Notes: generated by a model not told the origin, from the sequence alone. DNA of 64,000 bases from Chiloscyllium plagiosum (GCF_004010195.1 NC_057749.1:5745339-5809338), one strand, 5' to 3'. Positions 39,787 to 53,994 are shown, counted from the stretch's first letter. Numbers and translations are program-made.

Positions 39787-40909
39787 CAGTATTTCAGGGA
39801 AGAAAAAAAGAACGAACTCTGGATGTTGGAAATCAGAAAAAAGAAGAACAAAACAGAAATTGCTTGGAAAACTCAGCAGCTCTGCCTGCATTTGTGGAGA
39901 AAAATCAGAGTTAACGTTTCAGGTCCAGTTTCCCTTCTTTCAAAAGAGATGCACTATTTCAGGAAAATGGCTCACCATCACCTTCTCAAAAGGTGTTTAT
40001 GGTGTTTAAGGAATGGTGACAGGGTGATCATATGACTATAATAAGCTTACTTTAGTTGCTATGTAATGTAAAGATTGAAGTTGCTCGGTAAGAGTTGGTT
40101 GCTTTTAACCAATATTGTAATTAGATATGCTTTCAGAGGCTGAATGGCCTACATCTGCTATCAAGTCAACGTGGTCAATGAGATCGTGGCTGATTTGATA
40201 ATCCTCAACATCTGCCTTTTCCCCACAACCCTATTCCCTTAACTAAAAAAAAGTCTTTAGCAGCCTTGAATACACTTAATGACCCACAGCTCTCTGTGAG
40301 GAAAAAATACTTCTAATTGACTACCTTCAAAGGGAGGGAATTCCTCCTCTTCTCTGCTCATAAACGGGCAGCTCCAAATTCTATGAGTATACCCTCTCCT
40401 TCTGGACTCTCCTGCAAGCCGAAAACAGCCTCTTTGTATCTAACCTGTCAAGACCCATAAGCCAGTTGAATGTTTCAATGAGGTCACCTCTCATCTTTCT
40501 AAATTCCAAAGAGTACAATCCCAAAGCTCAAGCTCTCCTCATTAGAAATTCCTACCGTACCTGGAATCAAACAAAGGAACCTTCTCTGTGCTGTCTCTAT
40601 GTCTTTCCCTAGATAAGGGAACCAAAACTGATCACAGTATTTGAGCTGTGGTCTGACTAGTGGCTTGTATGATTTTAGCAAGTGATGAAGAAGATGGAGA
40701 GAGGTGGGAGGAGACTGGTGAGGAGCACAAGGATAGAAGCAGCTGGTCTGAATATTATGTTTGAGGCACACGTTCGATTTAATAAGTTTAAAACTAAAAA
40801 TTGGATAAAACATTTATGGATATGAAGGTATGTTCATTAAATAAACCTATTGATAAAAGTAAATCAATGCTAATTGAGCTACTTCAATTCACCTCCGTGA
40901 TCTCTTTAA

Positions 40910-41176
40910 GTTAAGCATCAAGCACATCATTGCTGTGGGTCTGGAGTCACATGTAGGCCAGACCAGGTAAGGATGGCAGATTTCTTCACTAAAAGGACAT
41001 TAGTGAACCGGGTGGATTTTACTGACAATGAATTCATGGTCATCATTAGATTCTTAATTCCAGATATTTAAATTTCCATCATCTGCCATGGTAGGATTCA
41101 AACGCAGGTCCCCGGAATGTTATCTGGATCTTTAGATTAACAGTTCAGCGATAATACCACTTGGCCACTGTCTCCT
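40910..41176 (-). mobile_element. Second SINE family (other copies at 26150-27450, split by Penelope, and 60020-60335)
   Basis: Shared core ctggagtcacatgtaggccagaccaggtaaggatggc. The 3' tail of the 27400 copy resembles the Crack-like LINE tail aataaatgctggcc. Confidence 0.65.
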
Positions 41177-42894
41177 GATAGAATGTAAATTTGCTTTCTT
41201 GATTGAAACTAAAGCTTGTCTTCACAACGTAGGGAGAAATTATACTTTTTATTTCCAAAAAACAAAGTAGCCTTTAACCCTCTACTGCTCCAACCTGCAC
41301 ACTGCCTTGGGAAAATAAGAAATCTGACCAATCCCCTATCGCCCTAATCTGTATATTTTTCCAGAACTGCTGTCTGATAAGGAACATGAACCGGAGGAAG
41401 CCATTTGGCCCTTCAAGTCAGCTCTGCCATTCAAAAATAAACTGAGGCTGGCCTTCCACCAAAATGTCACCTTTCCACACTCTCCCCTAATCCCTTAATT
41501 TCCTTCATGCTCCAAACAAAGCTTCTCAGAATCCTCGCAACTGTATTAGACAAGAAACAACTGAAGAGTGTTATTCAGAATTTTTATTTCTTTATTTATC
41601 CCCCTAACAATTTGTACTTAAGGATCTGTACCGTGGTGCTGTTGTACTTAAGATGGCACTATGAGTGGCGATTTGTAAACTTTGCACTCTACTCATTTGA
41701 GAACATGACAATAAAGCTAATGAAGATGGGGAAACAAAAAGGTCCAACAATTTCTCACCTAAAAACAGCAAGAACGGCGATAGTTTTTCATTTTCAGATC
41801 TGTCGTTGTGCCAGAAATCCACAGCCAGTGTGAAACTAACCAAGCTGGGTTTCAGACACCCAAGGCAGTCATCACACAAGCTGCTGTGTTCAGACAAAGG
41901 GAGTTTGTAGGGAAGCCTAGCTGTCACTGCACCATAGAGAGTCCGGAGGCTTGGCAGCAATGAGAGAGAAAAGGGAGGTTCACTTCCTAGGAGAGTGGTG
42001 GGAAGAGGGTACGTCACCACACAGCAGGGGCGTCTCTCAGTTCAGCGGCATCGCACTCTGCCTCCAATTCTCCCTGCAGGGTCTCACCACTGTTGAGGTC
42101 CACACCTAGGTGCAGGCTCAGGTTATTGGAATGCAGAAGGCCACCACAGTAACAGAGTCCCACGCAGAAAAAGGTTTACAGGGGATAAACCGATTGGTCT
42201 AGGACTTGGACTCGGCCCGGTCCAGCCCAGCGATGCCCCCTCAGTTGTGAATCTGATGTGTTTTGCCCAGGCTCAGTGAGGAAGGCATCCTGGGTGAAGT
42301 GCCAGGCTGCTGAGGGGAGATGCTGCAAAGGATCCCCCATGACAAGGTGATAGATGTTTCCAAACATCTGCCTGGACAGCAGCAGCTTCCTTGGACATTT
42401 CTTCTCAGGCATCGACAGGTATTTTCACCTCTCCCTATAGACATTGTGTTCAGGGTAGGGTCTTCATGTTCTGGACTAATATCCAATGCCCCACTTTTCC
42501 TATTTGTCTTCAAATCATCTCCAGCTGCATCTGACTTGATGCTCACCTGACATCCAACACTTTTGCTCTCGCAATGCCAAAAGGGTGGCAAGTTGTGCAT
42601 GCTGGCTAACCGATGATGAGCTACTGCAACTTTGAAGGGGTCAGCCTTACGGAAATCACAAACTCTTATTTTATTTAAACTCCTCTTGTCTCCATGACGT
42701 TACTGCTTCTCCCCCACCCCCCCCCCCCCAACACAGTCCTCGCCTGTCCGCAATTGGTCCAAGTCAGAAAGTTACAGAATGCCCAACACCCTTAGAGATT
42801 CAGAGCACTTGGAGCTCAGTGTTTTAAAGAAGCCATTTGAAACTTATGATGTGGTTTTGGAACCCTGCAGCTCCCAATCCTGCAGCTCTTGGGA

Positions 42895-43150
42895 AGAATG
42901 AAGAGACCTAAGGGGCAACGTTTTCACTCAGAGGATGGCATGTGAATGGAATGAGCTGCCAAAGGAAGTGTTGGAGGTTAGTACAATTACAGCATTTAAA
43001 AGGCATCTGGATGAGTATATGAATAGGAAGGGTTTGGAGGGATATGGGCCAAGTGCTGACAGGTGGGACTAGATTGGGTTGGGATATCTGGTCAGCATGG
43101 ACGAGTTGGACCGAAGGGTCTGTTTCCGTGCTGTACATCTCTATGACTCT
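42895..43150 (+). mobile_element. CR1 3' end
   Basis: Same tail as 39540-39786. Confidence 0.85.
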
Positions 43151-44029
43151 ACGATGCTGGTTGCAGAGTGGTGGGCCCAAGTCAGGTCACAAAATGTCAG
43201 CCAATAGCACGCTGGACATAGCAAGGTAACTGGGGTAAAAGGGACTGCCGAGAGGTTTACAATGTAAACATGTACACAGTCAAATTTTAAATGCCCAACG
43301 CTTCACTGCACAGTTTCATACAATTATTAATCAGCTGAAATTATCCAAGGTACAGCTCTGTCATAAGGGAAGAGGCTCTTGACTTATGCAAATGTACATG
43401 GCTTACAGCTCTCTGGCAGTAAAGGGCATAACACAGCGATGAAAGTCAAGATGTTTTCTTCTATTGTGGTTGTTTAAGAAAGCAATGCAACAACTTCAAA
43501 CATTTATTAACATAAAAAAAAAGGGGAGCGGCAAAACAGCAGAAACAAACAGAAGACCTAGATCGTTATTGCTTGAAAATTGAACAATTTACTCAAGTCA
43601 CAACATGTAGAAAGGACTCCACAAACCATGAATAACTTAAAACACAGGGTCAAACTTGAATAATACATTTTAAAATAGTAGTCTCCAAGAAATTAACTTA
43701 TATAAAAAAAAACTGTTGAGGGAAAAGAAGCGGACATCTTGAGTAAGAGGTTGGTAAGCAAGGTTCTTTGTCTTCTGTTTTGCATTTTCTGTTTTAAGGT
43801 CCAGTGAGGAATATCGCTGCAATCGAGTACTCTGCAGTAGGACTGCATGCCAATGTCTGAGTTATTTGTTTCTTTAATTGCAACAATCACGATGCAAAGA
43901 GCAGATAATTATATTCGCTTAAGTAACAGGATTTTCCTCCTCTGCAATTAACTGGTTTATTCAATGGTGAGGAAATGCTGTCAATTAATGGAGAAAACTA
44001 CTTAAAATCACAGAATGGTACTGCACTGT

Positions 44030-47000
44030 AAAAGGCCATTTGGCCCAGTATCTGTGCTGGTCCTCTGAAGGAACAATTCACCTAATGCTATGCCTCCATA
44101 TTTTGTCCTTGTCCTTGCACATTTTTCCTTCTCTGATAACGATTCAATTCCCACCTCAGAACTTCAACTGAACCGGTTTCCACCATATAAAAGTACAGCG
44201 TATCCTGGATCCTAACCACTTGCCGTGTTGTAGTTTTGCATCACGTCATTACTATTTCTTTTACCCACCGCTTCAAACAATGGGAACAGTTTCTCTTTAC
44301 CTACTCTGTGTTCAGACTACTCACGATTATGAGCACCTTAATCAAATCTCCTCTCTACCTTCTCTTTTTGAGGAGAATAGATCCAAATTTTCCAATCTCT
44401 CTATGTAACTAAAAGGTTTTTCATTCCCGGAATTTTTTTTTTTTTTTTTACACAAACATTCTCTTATGCCTTCACATTTGTGTTAATGTGTGATGCTCAG
44501 AACTGGACACAACCCTCCAGTTGAGGGTGAACTTCTGCTTTACACATTGCTTTCAATGTAACTTCCATTCTGCTGTGCTCTATGCCCAGTGATGATGACC
44601 AGGATGCAGTGAGCTTTATTAAACACTGTCCCAATCTCTACTAGCTTCAAATAATTGGGCAGATATAGATCCTGATCCCAAACCCACTTCAGAATTGCAT
44701 CCCTTATTTCAATATCTTTGTTAAAATGAATCACTTGACATCTCTGCATTAAATTTCACCTGCCACTTCTCCCACCAACCTACATATGCACTTTTGTACT
44801 TCTACATTATCCTCCTCACAATAATCCCAAGATTCAAGTCATCCATGAATTTGGGAAATGTGTCCTGCACAAGAGCAGGGGTCATAACAATGATCCCTGG
44901 GGAACTCCACCATAAACCATCCTCCAGTCTACAAACTACAACCATTCACCACTTCTGTTTCCTGACAATATATCCACACTGCTTTGATCCCTTTTATACT
45001 AGGAGCTCTCAATGCATTTGAAAGTCTGTTGTAGTGTGTGAGATCTTATCAAATGTCTTTTGGAAGTTTATGCACACCATACATACAATGTTACCCTCAT
45101 CAACTCTGTCTCTCAACCAAACAAGTTGGTTGAACATAATTTGCCTTTATCAAATCCAAGCTACTTTTCCTTAACTGCCCCATATGTATGCAAGTGACTA
45201 TTAATTTTGTCCTAAGCTATTGATTCTAAAAGCTTCTCCACCACGCAGGTTAAAGAAACTGACCTTCAGTTGCCTTTGCACACTTTTGCAAACAAGTTTG
45301 CACTATCTGTAATTCTCTAGCTCTCCCAACACTAAGCAAGATTGGAAAATTATGGCGAGAGTCTCCGATATTTCCTCTTTTACTTCCTTCAGTATGTTCA
45401 GATGAATCCGATCTGGTTCTGGTGCCTCACCATCTTTAAGTACAGACAGCAGAATAAACACTTCCTCCTTGTCAATTTGAAAACCTTCAAGTGCCTGAAC
45501 TGTCTCCTCCTTCATGACTTGAGAGCACCTTCTTCCGTGATAAAGACAGGTGTAAAGTATTAGTTTAGTACCTCAGCAATTCTCTCTCACTCCTCATGTT
45601 GCTGCCCTATTTACATGGCCATGCAAAATATTTGGATTCATCTTCATGTTAGCTGCCAGTCTCTTCCCATATTCTCTCTCTGGCTCTTTCTAGTTCTATC
45701 TATTCCCCTCTGAACCTCCTATATTCAACTTGATTCTCAATTGAATGATCCACATTTTTTTCTGCTTCATCTTAATTTCCATACATATCATCCAGGTAGC
45801 TCTCAATTCATTTATCCAACCTTTCCTCTTTAGATGAATATGTATTGCCCATATTCTATCACACTTTGGATTTGTGCCTTGGAGATGATCGAAAAATATT
45901 GAGAGAATTACAGGAGGAGTGTTACCCGCCCCCAATCATTCTTCTCTTGCTACTGCATGATTTATACAGCCACTTGAACATCAAAGAAACATGGTATTTC
46001 TCTCTTGCAGAGGGGTCATTTCCTGGCACGTGTTACTCCTCAGCCAAAGCCTGGATTTTATAAAGGTCTTGGTACATATAGATACTGAGGAGTTGCAAAT
46101 GGTGCTGATCACTTCAGCAGCCATTACTTCTTCTGAGGATGTGATGGTAGGAAGGTCATTGATGATGGAGTTGAAGATTGTGCCTTGAATTCTATCCGGA
46201 GGAAAATTCCATTGGTGAAGTGGTAGCATCCACACCCCAAGGCCAGGAGGCCTGGGTTTAAGTCTACTTTCTCCAGAGATTTGTCATATCAACCTTGAAT
46301 AGATTGATTAAAAAATATTTGTCTTGAGGAGCTTGGCAATAATATCTAGCTTCTGACAACCTCTACCATCTTCCCTTGTGCAATGCATGAGTCCAACTAG
46401 TGAAGGGCTTTCCCTGAATGGCCATGAACTTCAGTTATGCTAGTCCCATTCAATCAAATATTACTTTAATGTCAAGGGCAGTCACTCTCATTTCACCCCT
46501 CGAATTCAGCGCTTTTGGACCAAGGTTGTAATGAGGTCTAGAATCAAGTGGTCCTGACAGAACCTAAACTAGGCATCAGTGAGCAGTTTATTACTGCTTA
46601 AGTGCCACTTGACAGCACGATTGACAACAGCAATCCATTACTTTGCTGGCAATCAGAAGCACTGATGGAGCGGTAATTGTAATAGGGGGGCCAGAGTGTT
46701 AACAAAAACAAAAGACGTAAGGACTCATAGGCTTTACAAACAGAGGCACAGATCATAGAAGCCACAAAGTTAAGCACTCGCTTGACCCTGGTTGGAATAT
46801 GGGGTCACAGAAAGCACATGAAGATTTTGGAGAGGGTATTTACGAGATTTACCAGAATGGATGGGAGATCAGTTATTTCGAAAGACTGTTGTCCTTGGAA
46901 TAGAAATGGCTAACATGAGATTTAATAAAAGAAAATCATGAAAGATTGAGAAGGAGTAACTAAAGAGAGGCTATTTCCAATAGCTAAAGTATTGACAAGC

Positions 47001-47260
47001 CAAATGCCACAGATTTAAAGGTGATTTGCAAGCAAGACTTTGAGCAAAAATGACTTGGGAATAAACTTCCTAAGGGAGTAATGGAAATAGATTTAATGGA
47101 GGACTTCAAAAAGGAAACTGGATGAACATTTGAAGAAAGAAAGAAAAATGGCATGGATGTGGGGAAAGAGCAGGAGGGATCTAATTAGATTACACTTTGA
47201 AAATGCCTGCATGGACGTTATGGACTGAGTGGCCTCAGCTTCAGCTGAATTATTGTTGAT
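44030..47260. mobile_element. Cluster of highly decayed LINE fragments (CR1 minus 44030-45850; Crack-like minus 45930-46680; CR1 plus 46740-47250)
   Basis: APEPDRIHLNILKEVKEEISETLAIIFQ and IFNSIINDLPT remnants. Confidence 0.65.
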
Positions 47261-48179
47261 TCTATCATCTTTGGAGTTTGTTGTACAAGCTTATAGGATT
47301 AATCCAACATCGTAGGTAAGTAACCGATAACTCATAATATGCTTTGAAGTACACTGGCAAAGGACAAATGACTTTTTTGCCAAAGCACTCAAAACATCCA
47401 TGGCACAGGGTACATCACGAACAACCAAAGTTGCCAAAGAATGGCATAATCATACAAAATATTTTGCAATTTATAACTTCACAGCTAATGCACCTGGACG
47501 TCTATGCATTTTATAAATTCACTGCCCAAGTGAGACCATGACAAATGTCATCTTGGCAATAAGAGCAAGTTAAGCGTCTGCCAAAGTGACATGTTCAATC
47601 ACGAGCGTCACCTATCAATGTAAATCTAGAATTGCCAAGTGACAGGATTCCTAAATGAGACAACCTGGAGAAGGTCGAAGAATGCAGTGCTAGAAAAGCA
47701 CAGATCAGGCAGCATCCGAGGAGCAGGAAAGTCAACCTTTCGGGCATAACCCGCAGCTGATGAAGATCTCCAGCATCTGCAGCCCTCACTTTCACATCAC
47801 TTCAGCGTGTCACTGCATTAAGTATGAATTCAGTAGTTAAAACCAGTTTGTGAAAAGTATTTAAATGTACGTTCTGCAAACATACCTGACTCCAACTTTG
47901 TTTAGATACAACTCCTGTCCAGTCTCTTCACAATGAAATCTCTAACACTGTGCACTGATACAAACATGCACAGAGCCTTCTCTTAAGCAGAATGGATGGA
48001 GATCTAATCAGCCAACAATCTTGCCATGTAAGCAAAGTTCTGCGTAGCTGCAATTCAAATTACCAGTCTTGTTCTGGGAGATCTCACGTGCACTCTTTAC
48101 ATGGCACACCAGGAACATGTTATTCAGGTTCCTCTGGAAAATAGCATTCAGTTCCTCTGAACTTCTGTTCCCATGGAGG

Positions 48180-48475
48180 GTTAGTATCCCTACAGTGCAG
48201 AAAGAGGACATTCAATCCATCAAGTCTGCAGCGACCCTCTGAGAAAACATCCCACCTAGATCCAACCCCCATGGATAACCCATTTATCCTTCACAGCTCT
48301 GGACACGATGGGACAATTTAGCATGGCCAATCCAGCTAACCTGCACATTTTTGGGCTGTGGGAGGAAACCCACACTGATACAGGGAAATTATGCAAATGC
48401 CACACAGTTGCCAGAGGCTGAACTTGAACCAGTTTCTCGCAATGAGACAGCAATGCTAACCACCCAGCTGCCCAT
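48180..48475 (-). mobile_element. HE1 SINE
   Basis: Consensus match on the minus strand. Confidence 0.8.
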
Positions 48476-48523
48476 AAAAGCATGCCCTAACCTGTGCACA
48501 GACCAGCTCAGATAGGGCAGGTA

Positions 48524-48595
48524 CTCCCCATTGGGGAACTGAACCTTGGTCTCCCGCGCAGCAGGTGGCTATACTAGCCACTACACTCACGAGGA
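48524..48595 (-). pseudogene. tRNA-Asp(GTC) pseudogene
   Basis: 72 nt TCCTCGTGAGTGTAGTGGCTAGTATAGCCACCTGCTGCGCGGGAGACCAAGGTTCAGTTCCCCAATGGGGAG, colinear with vertebrate tRNA-Asp. Anticodon and T-loop are mutated. Confidence 0.85.
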
Positions 48596-49903
48596 GCTGC
48601 TGGCTGGAAATTCTCTTATTTTTAACGTAAAAGTCATCACCGTCCCAGGAGGGTTGTTCTTTCACTTTGGAGAGACGACACGCGATGAGTTTAACCTGGG
48701 GGTCACCTCAGGCAAGGAGCAAGGTTGAGAAAGCAGGATCCAGCTGTCTGTCACAGTGTGGCAAACCAGCCATTCAACTAACTTAGGTTTAGGTGACTGA
48801 CTAGACAGAGTTCTTCTACAATCAAACTAAACATTAGTTACATCTAGAAATACAATAACGTTATGTTTGTAAGGCAGCATGCTTTTATCTGCTCATGCTT
48901 ACGTATATTTAAAATGGAAAACCAAACTATTTTGTCTGCAAGATTTTCTTTTTTTTTCATTTGTTAAACTTAATAAATCCAGTGTTCTTGGTTTTTGTTT
49001 TGCAATACACAAATGTCTATTTTCAAAATTTGGTATAGTTATTATTTTTATTTCTTCTCAATACAATGATTTATTTTCTCTTCCGTGTGAATTCCTGGCA
49101 GCAGTTTCTGCAATGAAGCCACAGGGAACCATTTGTACAATCTCACCCAAGCCAATCACTGGCTTGTGGAAATATTCTTTTTCTTTCGAGGCCCCATGTA
49201 CTAAAACACCTCAAAGCAGATCCTTTCCTGTCACTTCCTAGGTCGGAAACAAACTACATAACAAAAAGAAGAAATAGGAAGAGTCGTAGGCCATTTGGCC
49301 CTTCAAGCCTGCCCTGTCATGCGACAAGATCAAGGCTGATCTGTCCCAGGTCTCAACCCTTCCCTTTATGCCAGCTCAACATAGCTGTCAACTTCCTGAG
49401 TTACAGGAGAGTACCTGGCATGTCTCAGCTGGACTGCACACAAGTTAGGACATGATTTTATGGGTGGCACAGCAGCTCAGTGGTTATGACTGTCACTTCA
49501 CAATGCCAGGGATCTAGGTTTAATTCCAGCCTCAGGCGACTGTGTGTGTGGAATTCGCACTTTTTACCTGTTTCCTCTGGGTGCTCCGGTTTCAAAATGG
49601 CTGTATTCATGAGTTATACTCTCAGACAGCACAGGGAAGGGAAAGTGTCACACTAAAGCAATCAAAACAACTTTGTCCTTGTGAATTCTCTCCAGCATGA
49701 GACAGACAGCTGGATGCACTTTTACGATCTTAAGGAGTTATTTCACATCCCCAACAACAAAAATTATCTCTGGGATCTGCAGCTCACTTCATTATCACTT
49801 CTCAAGCCAAAGGCATTAGGTGGGATTTTGACAACAAGGCTTCTGCACTTTGTAGAATACATCAAGGAGTGGAAAAACACCTCAAAACCATTCGGCCACT
49901 TAC

Positions 49904-49996
49904 TAGTAGGGTTGTCCCACCTCGAGAGATTAGGAAATGACCTGACTGCACAATCGTTAGCAAAAGAAGGCCCTTTTCCGGATCAGACTCAAAAAC
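49904..49996 (-). CDS. REC114: REC114 coding exon 2 (VFESDPEKGLLLLTIVQSGHFLISRGGTTLL)
   Basis: ttccttgtag acceptor, CTA|GTAAGT donor, 93 bp, phase 0/0. Matches human VFDSNEESGYLVLTIVISGHFFIFQGQTLL. Confidence 0.93.
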
Positions 49997-50914
49997 CTAC
50001 AAGGAAAAACAAAACTGGTTTGTGGCATCAACAGTTAATATTATCAAAGTTATTTTCGCAGCATTTAGCAATACACATCCTTTCAGGAGATTCATCAATG
50101 TGCCTGATTTATGTCGCACTTTTGAAACCATGAGCCAGATTGGAAATTTGTAAACCAACAAGCACTTACAGACTCCACAAATACTATAAGCACCGATCTG
50201 CTTCCTGTGATCTCACACCCCTTCACAATCCAGCCATCACATCCCACTCCAAAACATTCCATTTTATACCAGCCACATAAAGCAGACATAATCTCGCACC
50301 CCAGTGTCTGCTATTTCACAGTTCCTTCAGATGCCACTCATAATCTCACACTCCGCACATACCATCTGGCCTGATTAACATCATAAGAATCTTTTTTTTT
50401 TGTGGTTGCTTACGTAAGCTGGGGAGGTTACCTTCTGCGCACTTTAACCTGGTGGAAGGCAAGCAGTTTAGGTAAAATGGACATACTATCCACAGCAGAA
50501 ATCCAAAATCAGTGCCTTAAAGTATATATTGGTTTTGTTTGTTCAAGGTGCCAATGTGAATTACATTTGAGGAAACAAGTGAAGATCTAGAGCTGGCAGG
50601 GTGAGGGCATCGCTGGAGATAGAAGATACTAAACTTAACAGTTTCACAAGAGAGAGCTCACACCCTGGTAACATGATGGAAGTAATTCATATAGATCACC
50701 ATTCTATAGATTTCTAGCGTCAGAGAATACTCAAGACAAACAAAAACGCTGTTTCAAAGGGTGACTTTGACCACCAGACTGAATAAAAAACATTTTCGGA
50801 AAAGCTTTTGAGGGGATTACCTTTGAAGTTTAAAGCAAACAGAAACAGAATGCTCCAGAGCTTTGTCGAGAGTTAAAGTTTTAAGACGGAGCCAGAAAAA
50901 ATTAGATGCACAAC

Positions 50915-51233
50915 CACGGTGGCTCAGTGGTTAGCACTGATGTCTCACAGCGCCAGCAGCCTGGGTTCGATTCCCGCCTTGGGCGACTGTGTGGAGTTTG
51001 CACATTCTCCCCGGGTCTGCGTGGGTTTCCTCCGGGTGCTCCAGTTTCCTCCCACAATCCAAAGATGTGCAAGTCAGGTGACTTGGCCATGCTAAGTTGC
51101 CCATAGTTATAGGTGCATTAGTCAGGGTAAATATAGGCTAGGGGAATGGGTCTGGGTGGGTTACTCTTTGGAGGGTTGCTGTGGACTCATTGGGCTGAAG
51201 GGCCTGTTTCCCTACTGTAGAGAATCTAATCTA
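50915..51233 (+). mobile_element. HE1 SINE
   Basis: Head, V-domain and tail. Confidence 0.9.
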
Positions 51234-53318
51234 TGTAACCAGCATCAAGAACAGAAGCAGAGATAGTATCAGGAGGGTAGCAGAAAGCAACAGGGGAAGA
51301 CGTAATAGAGTGGAAGCTGGATAGATTAAACAACTCAAGATGATGAGTGGAGGGCAAAAGCAGATGGCAAGTGGACAAGTAAAGAAACACAAGTTAGATG
51401 ATAAGAAACAGGAACATGATGTAGGCCATTCAAATCCCATGAGCCTGTTCCGCCATTCAAAAGGATTCTGGCTAATCCAACACTCCTCATCTCTACTTCC
51501 CTAGCCTTCCCCCGTCACCTTTGATTCCCCGACTGATCAAGAATCAACCTACTTTAGCCTTAAATAGACTGAAGGACTGCATCCACAGCTCTCTGTGGCA
51601 AAAAGTTCCAAAGTTGCTCAACCCTCAGAAAAAGTTCTTCCTCATCTCAGTGTTAAATTGGAGCCTCTTAACTCTGAGACTGTGCCCTCGCGTCCTAGAC
51701 TCTCCCACATGGGGAAACATCCTCTCAAGCCCAGGGTTTAGGAGGTAAAATCTGGAAAAGAATCACCATCAAATTCTTTCTAAAAGAGAAAGACACAAAA
51801 AAAAAAAGGAACCTTTCCTTCTGAAATCATTGAACTCCACATTTGAGTTCTCAGGAATATAAAGTGCTGAATCAAAAGAGAAAGTGCTGACTGTCAAGTT
51901 TACCAGATCAGGGTGGGAGACAGGGGTCAGAGTGGGATTGGAGCTGACAATGAAAAAATTCATCAGAAATAAAAGGAGTAGACCATTCAGCCCTTCAAGC
52001 CTGTCCTTCCATTCAAAAAGGTCATAGCTGTCTGTCCTAGGCTGCATTTGTCTTCACATCAGCACAGCACAGCCATTAACCACTTCAAATTTCAGGAAAT
52101 GCGTTGAGTGATCTAGCACACACAACTCTGCGGGAGAAAAGTTTTTCACATCATAGTTTTAAATGAACGCTCTTTACCTTGCGATTATATTCCAAGTCCA
52201 ACATTCCTCTACACGCTGAATCATAGAATCCATACAGTGTAGACGGAGGCCATTTGGCCCATCAAATCCACACTGATCGTCCAAAGACCAGATCCACACT
52301 AATCCATCTGGCCTGCACACTATGGGCAACCATAAGAGAACATGCCATCTTAAGACTATTCTGTATATTTTTTTTTAAAAAATAGGCCCTGTCATGAGCT
52401 ACTGCAAAATTACCAACGGAATGTTTGGTGTCGCACTTGCAAACTTACAAGTGTTCTGCAAAAAGACTACCTTTTCACCGTTTTGTCACAGAGTCTTTAT
52501 AGTATGGAAAAAGGTCCTCAGCCCATCATATCCATACCAGTCATCAAGCATCCATCTATTATAAGCCCATTTCCCAGCACTTAGCCCATACCCTTGCATG
52601 TTGCGGCTTTCAAGGCACTCATTTAAATACATCTTAAAATCTCTTGGGAGCGGTTTTCCTCTGATGGTGATGGCTAGCACAAGGAGACAGCTTTAAATTG
52701 AGGGGTGATAGATATGGGACACATGTCAGAGATAGTTTCTTTACTCAGAAAGTAGTAGGGGCATGGAACACACTGCCTGCAACAGTAGACTTGCCAACTT
52801 TAAGGGCATTAAATGGTCATTGGATAAACATATGGATGATAATGGAATATTGTAGCATAGATAGGCTTACTGCACTGTAATGTTTTATGTTCATGTTCCT
52901 GCCTGTTGTGCCATGGGTAGTTTCCAGAGACCACTACCTTTGGATGAAACAAAAACTTCGAGTTCCCGATGAAACCTCCTGGGTTCCTTATAACCCTAAT
53001 TACTGACCTCTCTACCAAGGCGAAATGTTTTGCCCTATCTTCGCTCCTTATGAGTTTGTATACCTCTTATCAGGTTCTCCCCTCAGCCTTCTCTCCTATA
53101 AAAGAAGCAACCCTAGCCTATCTAGTCTCACTTCATAACGGAACTGCTCCAGCCCAGGCAATATCCTGGTGAATCTCCCCACGCATTCTCTAATGCTATC
53201 CCATTCTTCTTTCACATAGCAACAAGAATTGCATCTCGCTGTAACCTAACTAATGTTATATCCAGCTGCATCATAACCTTCTTGCTGTTGTATTCTATGC
53301 CTTGATTAATAAAAACAA

Positions 53319-53994
53319 AGTTTGTGAGAAGATTTGTAACTCGGGTGCTCGTTGTTGTGGTTCTGTTCGCCGAGCTGGGAATTTGTGTTGCAGACGTTTC
53401 GTCCCCTGTCTAGGTGACATCCTCAAGTGCTTGGGAGCCTCCTGTAAAGCGCTTCTGTGATGTTTCCTCTGGCATGTATCGTGGTTTGTCTCTGCTGCTT
53501 CCGGTTGTCAGTTCCAGCTCTCCGCTGCAGTGGCCGGTATATTGGGTCCAGGTCAATGTGTTTGTTGATAGAATCTGTGGATGAGTGCCATGCCTCTAGG
53601 AATTCCCTGGCTGTTCTGTTTGGCTTGTCCTATAATAGTAGTGTTGTCCCAGTCGAACTCACGTTGCTCGTCCTCCGCATGTGTGGCTACTAAGGATAGC
53701 TGGTCTGTCGTTTCGTGGCTAGTTGGTGTTCATGGATATGGATTGTTAGCTGTCTTCCTGTTTCCCCTATGTAGTGTTTTGTGCAGTACTTGCATGGGAT
53801 TTTGTACATGTTTTTGCTCATGCTGGGTATCGGGTCCTTTGTCCTGGTGAGTTGTTGTCTGAGAGTGGCTGTTGGTTTGTGTGCTGTTATGAGTCCTAGT
53901 GGTCACAGTAGTCTGGCTGTCAGTTCAGAAATGTTCTTGATGTATGGTAACGTGGCTAGTCCTTTGGGTTGTGGCATGTCCTCATTCCGTTGTC
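53319..53994 (-). mobile_element. Penelope-like element fragment (GIY-YIG plus pLTR) nested in a CR1
   Basis: LPYIKNISELTARLL...YKIPCKYCTKHYIGETGRQL...FDWDNTTII. 13-bp TSD TTAATAAAAACAA at 53306 and 53995. Confidence 0.88.
53390..53430 (-). ncRNA. Hammerhead-like motif with a 1-nt core insertion, REC114 sense strand (intron 1)
   Basis: GCA-CUUGAGGA-U-GUCACCU(AGAC)AGGGGAC-GAAA-CG-UC^UGC. Confidence 0.6.

Noticed and set aside
49681..50133. 150-aa plus-strand ORF
   Set aside because: Antisense shadow of REC114 exon 2, GTG start, no recognisable homology.
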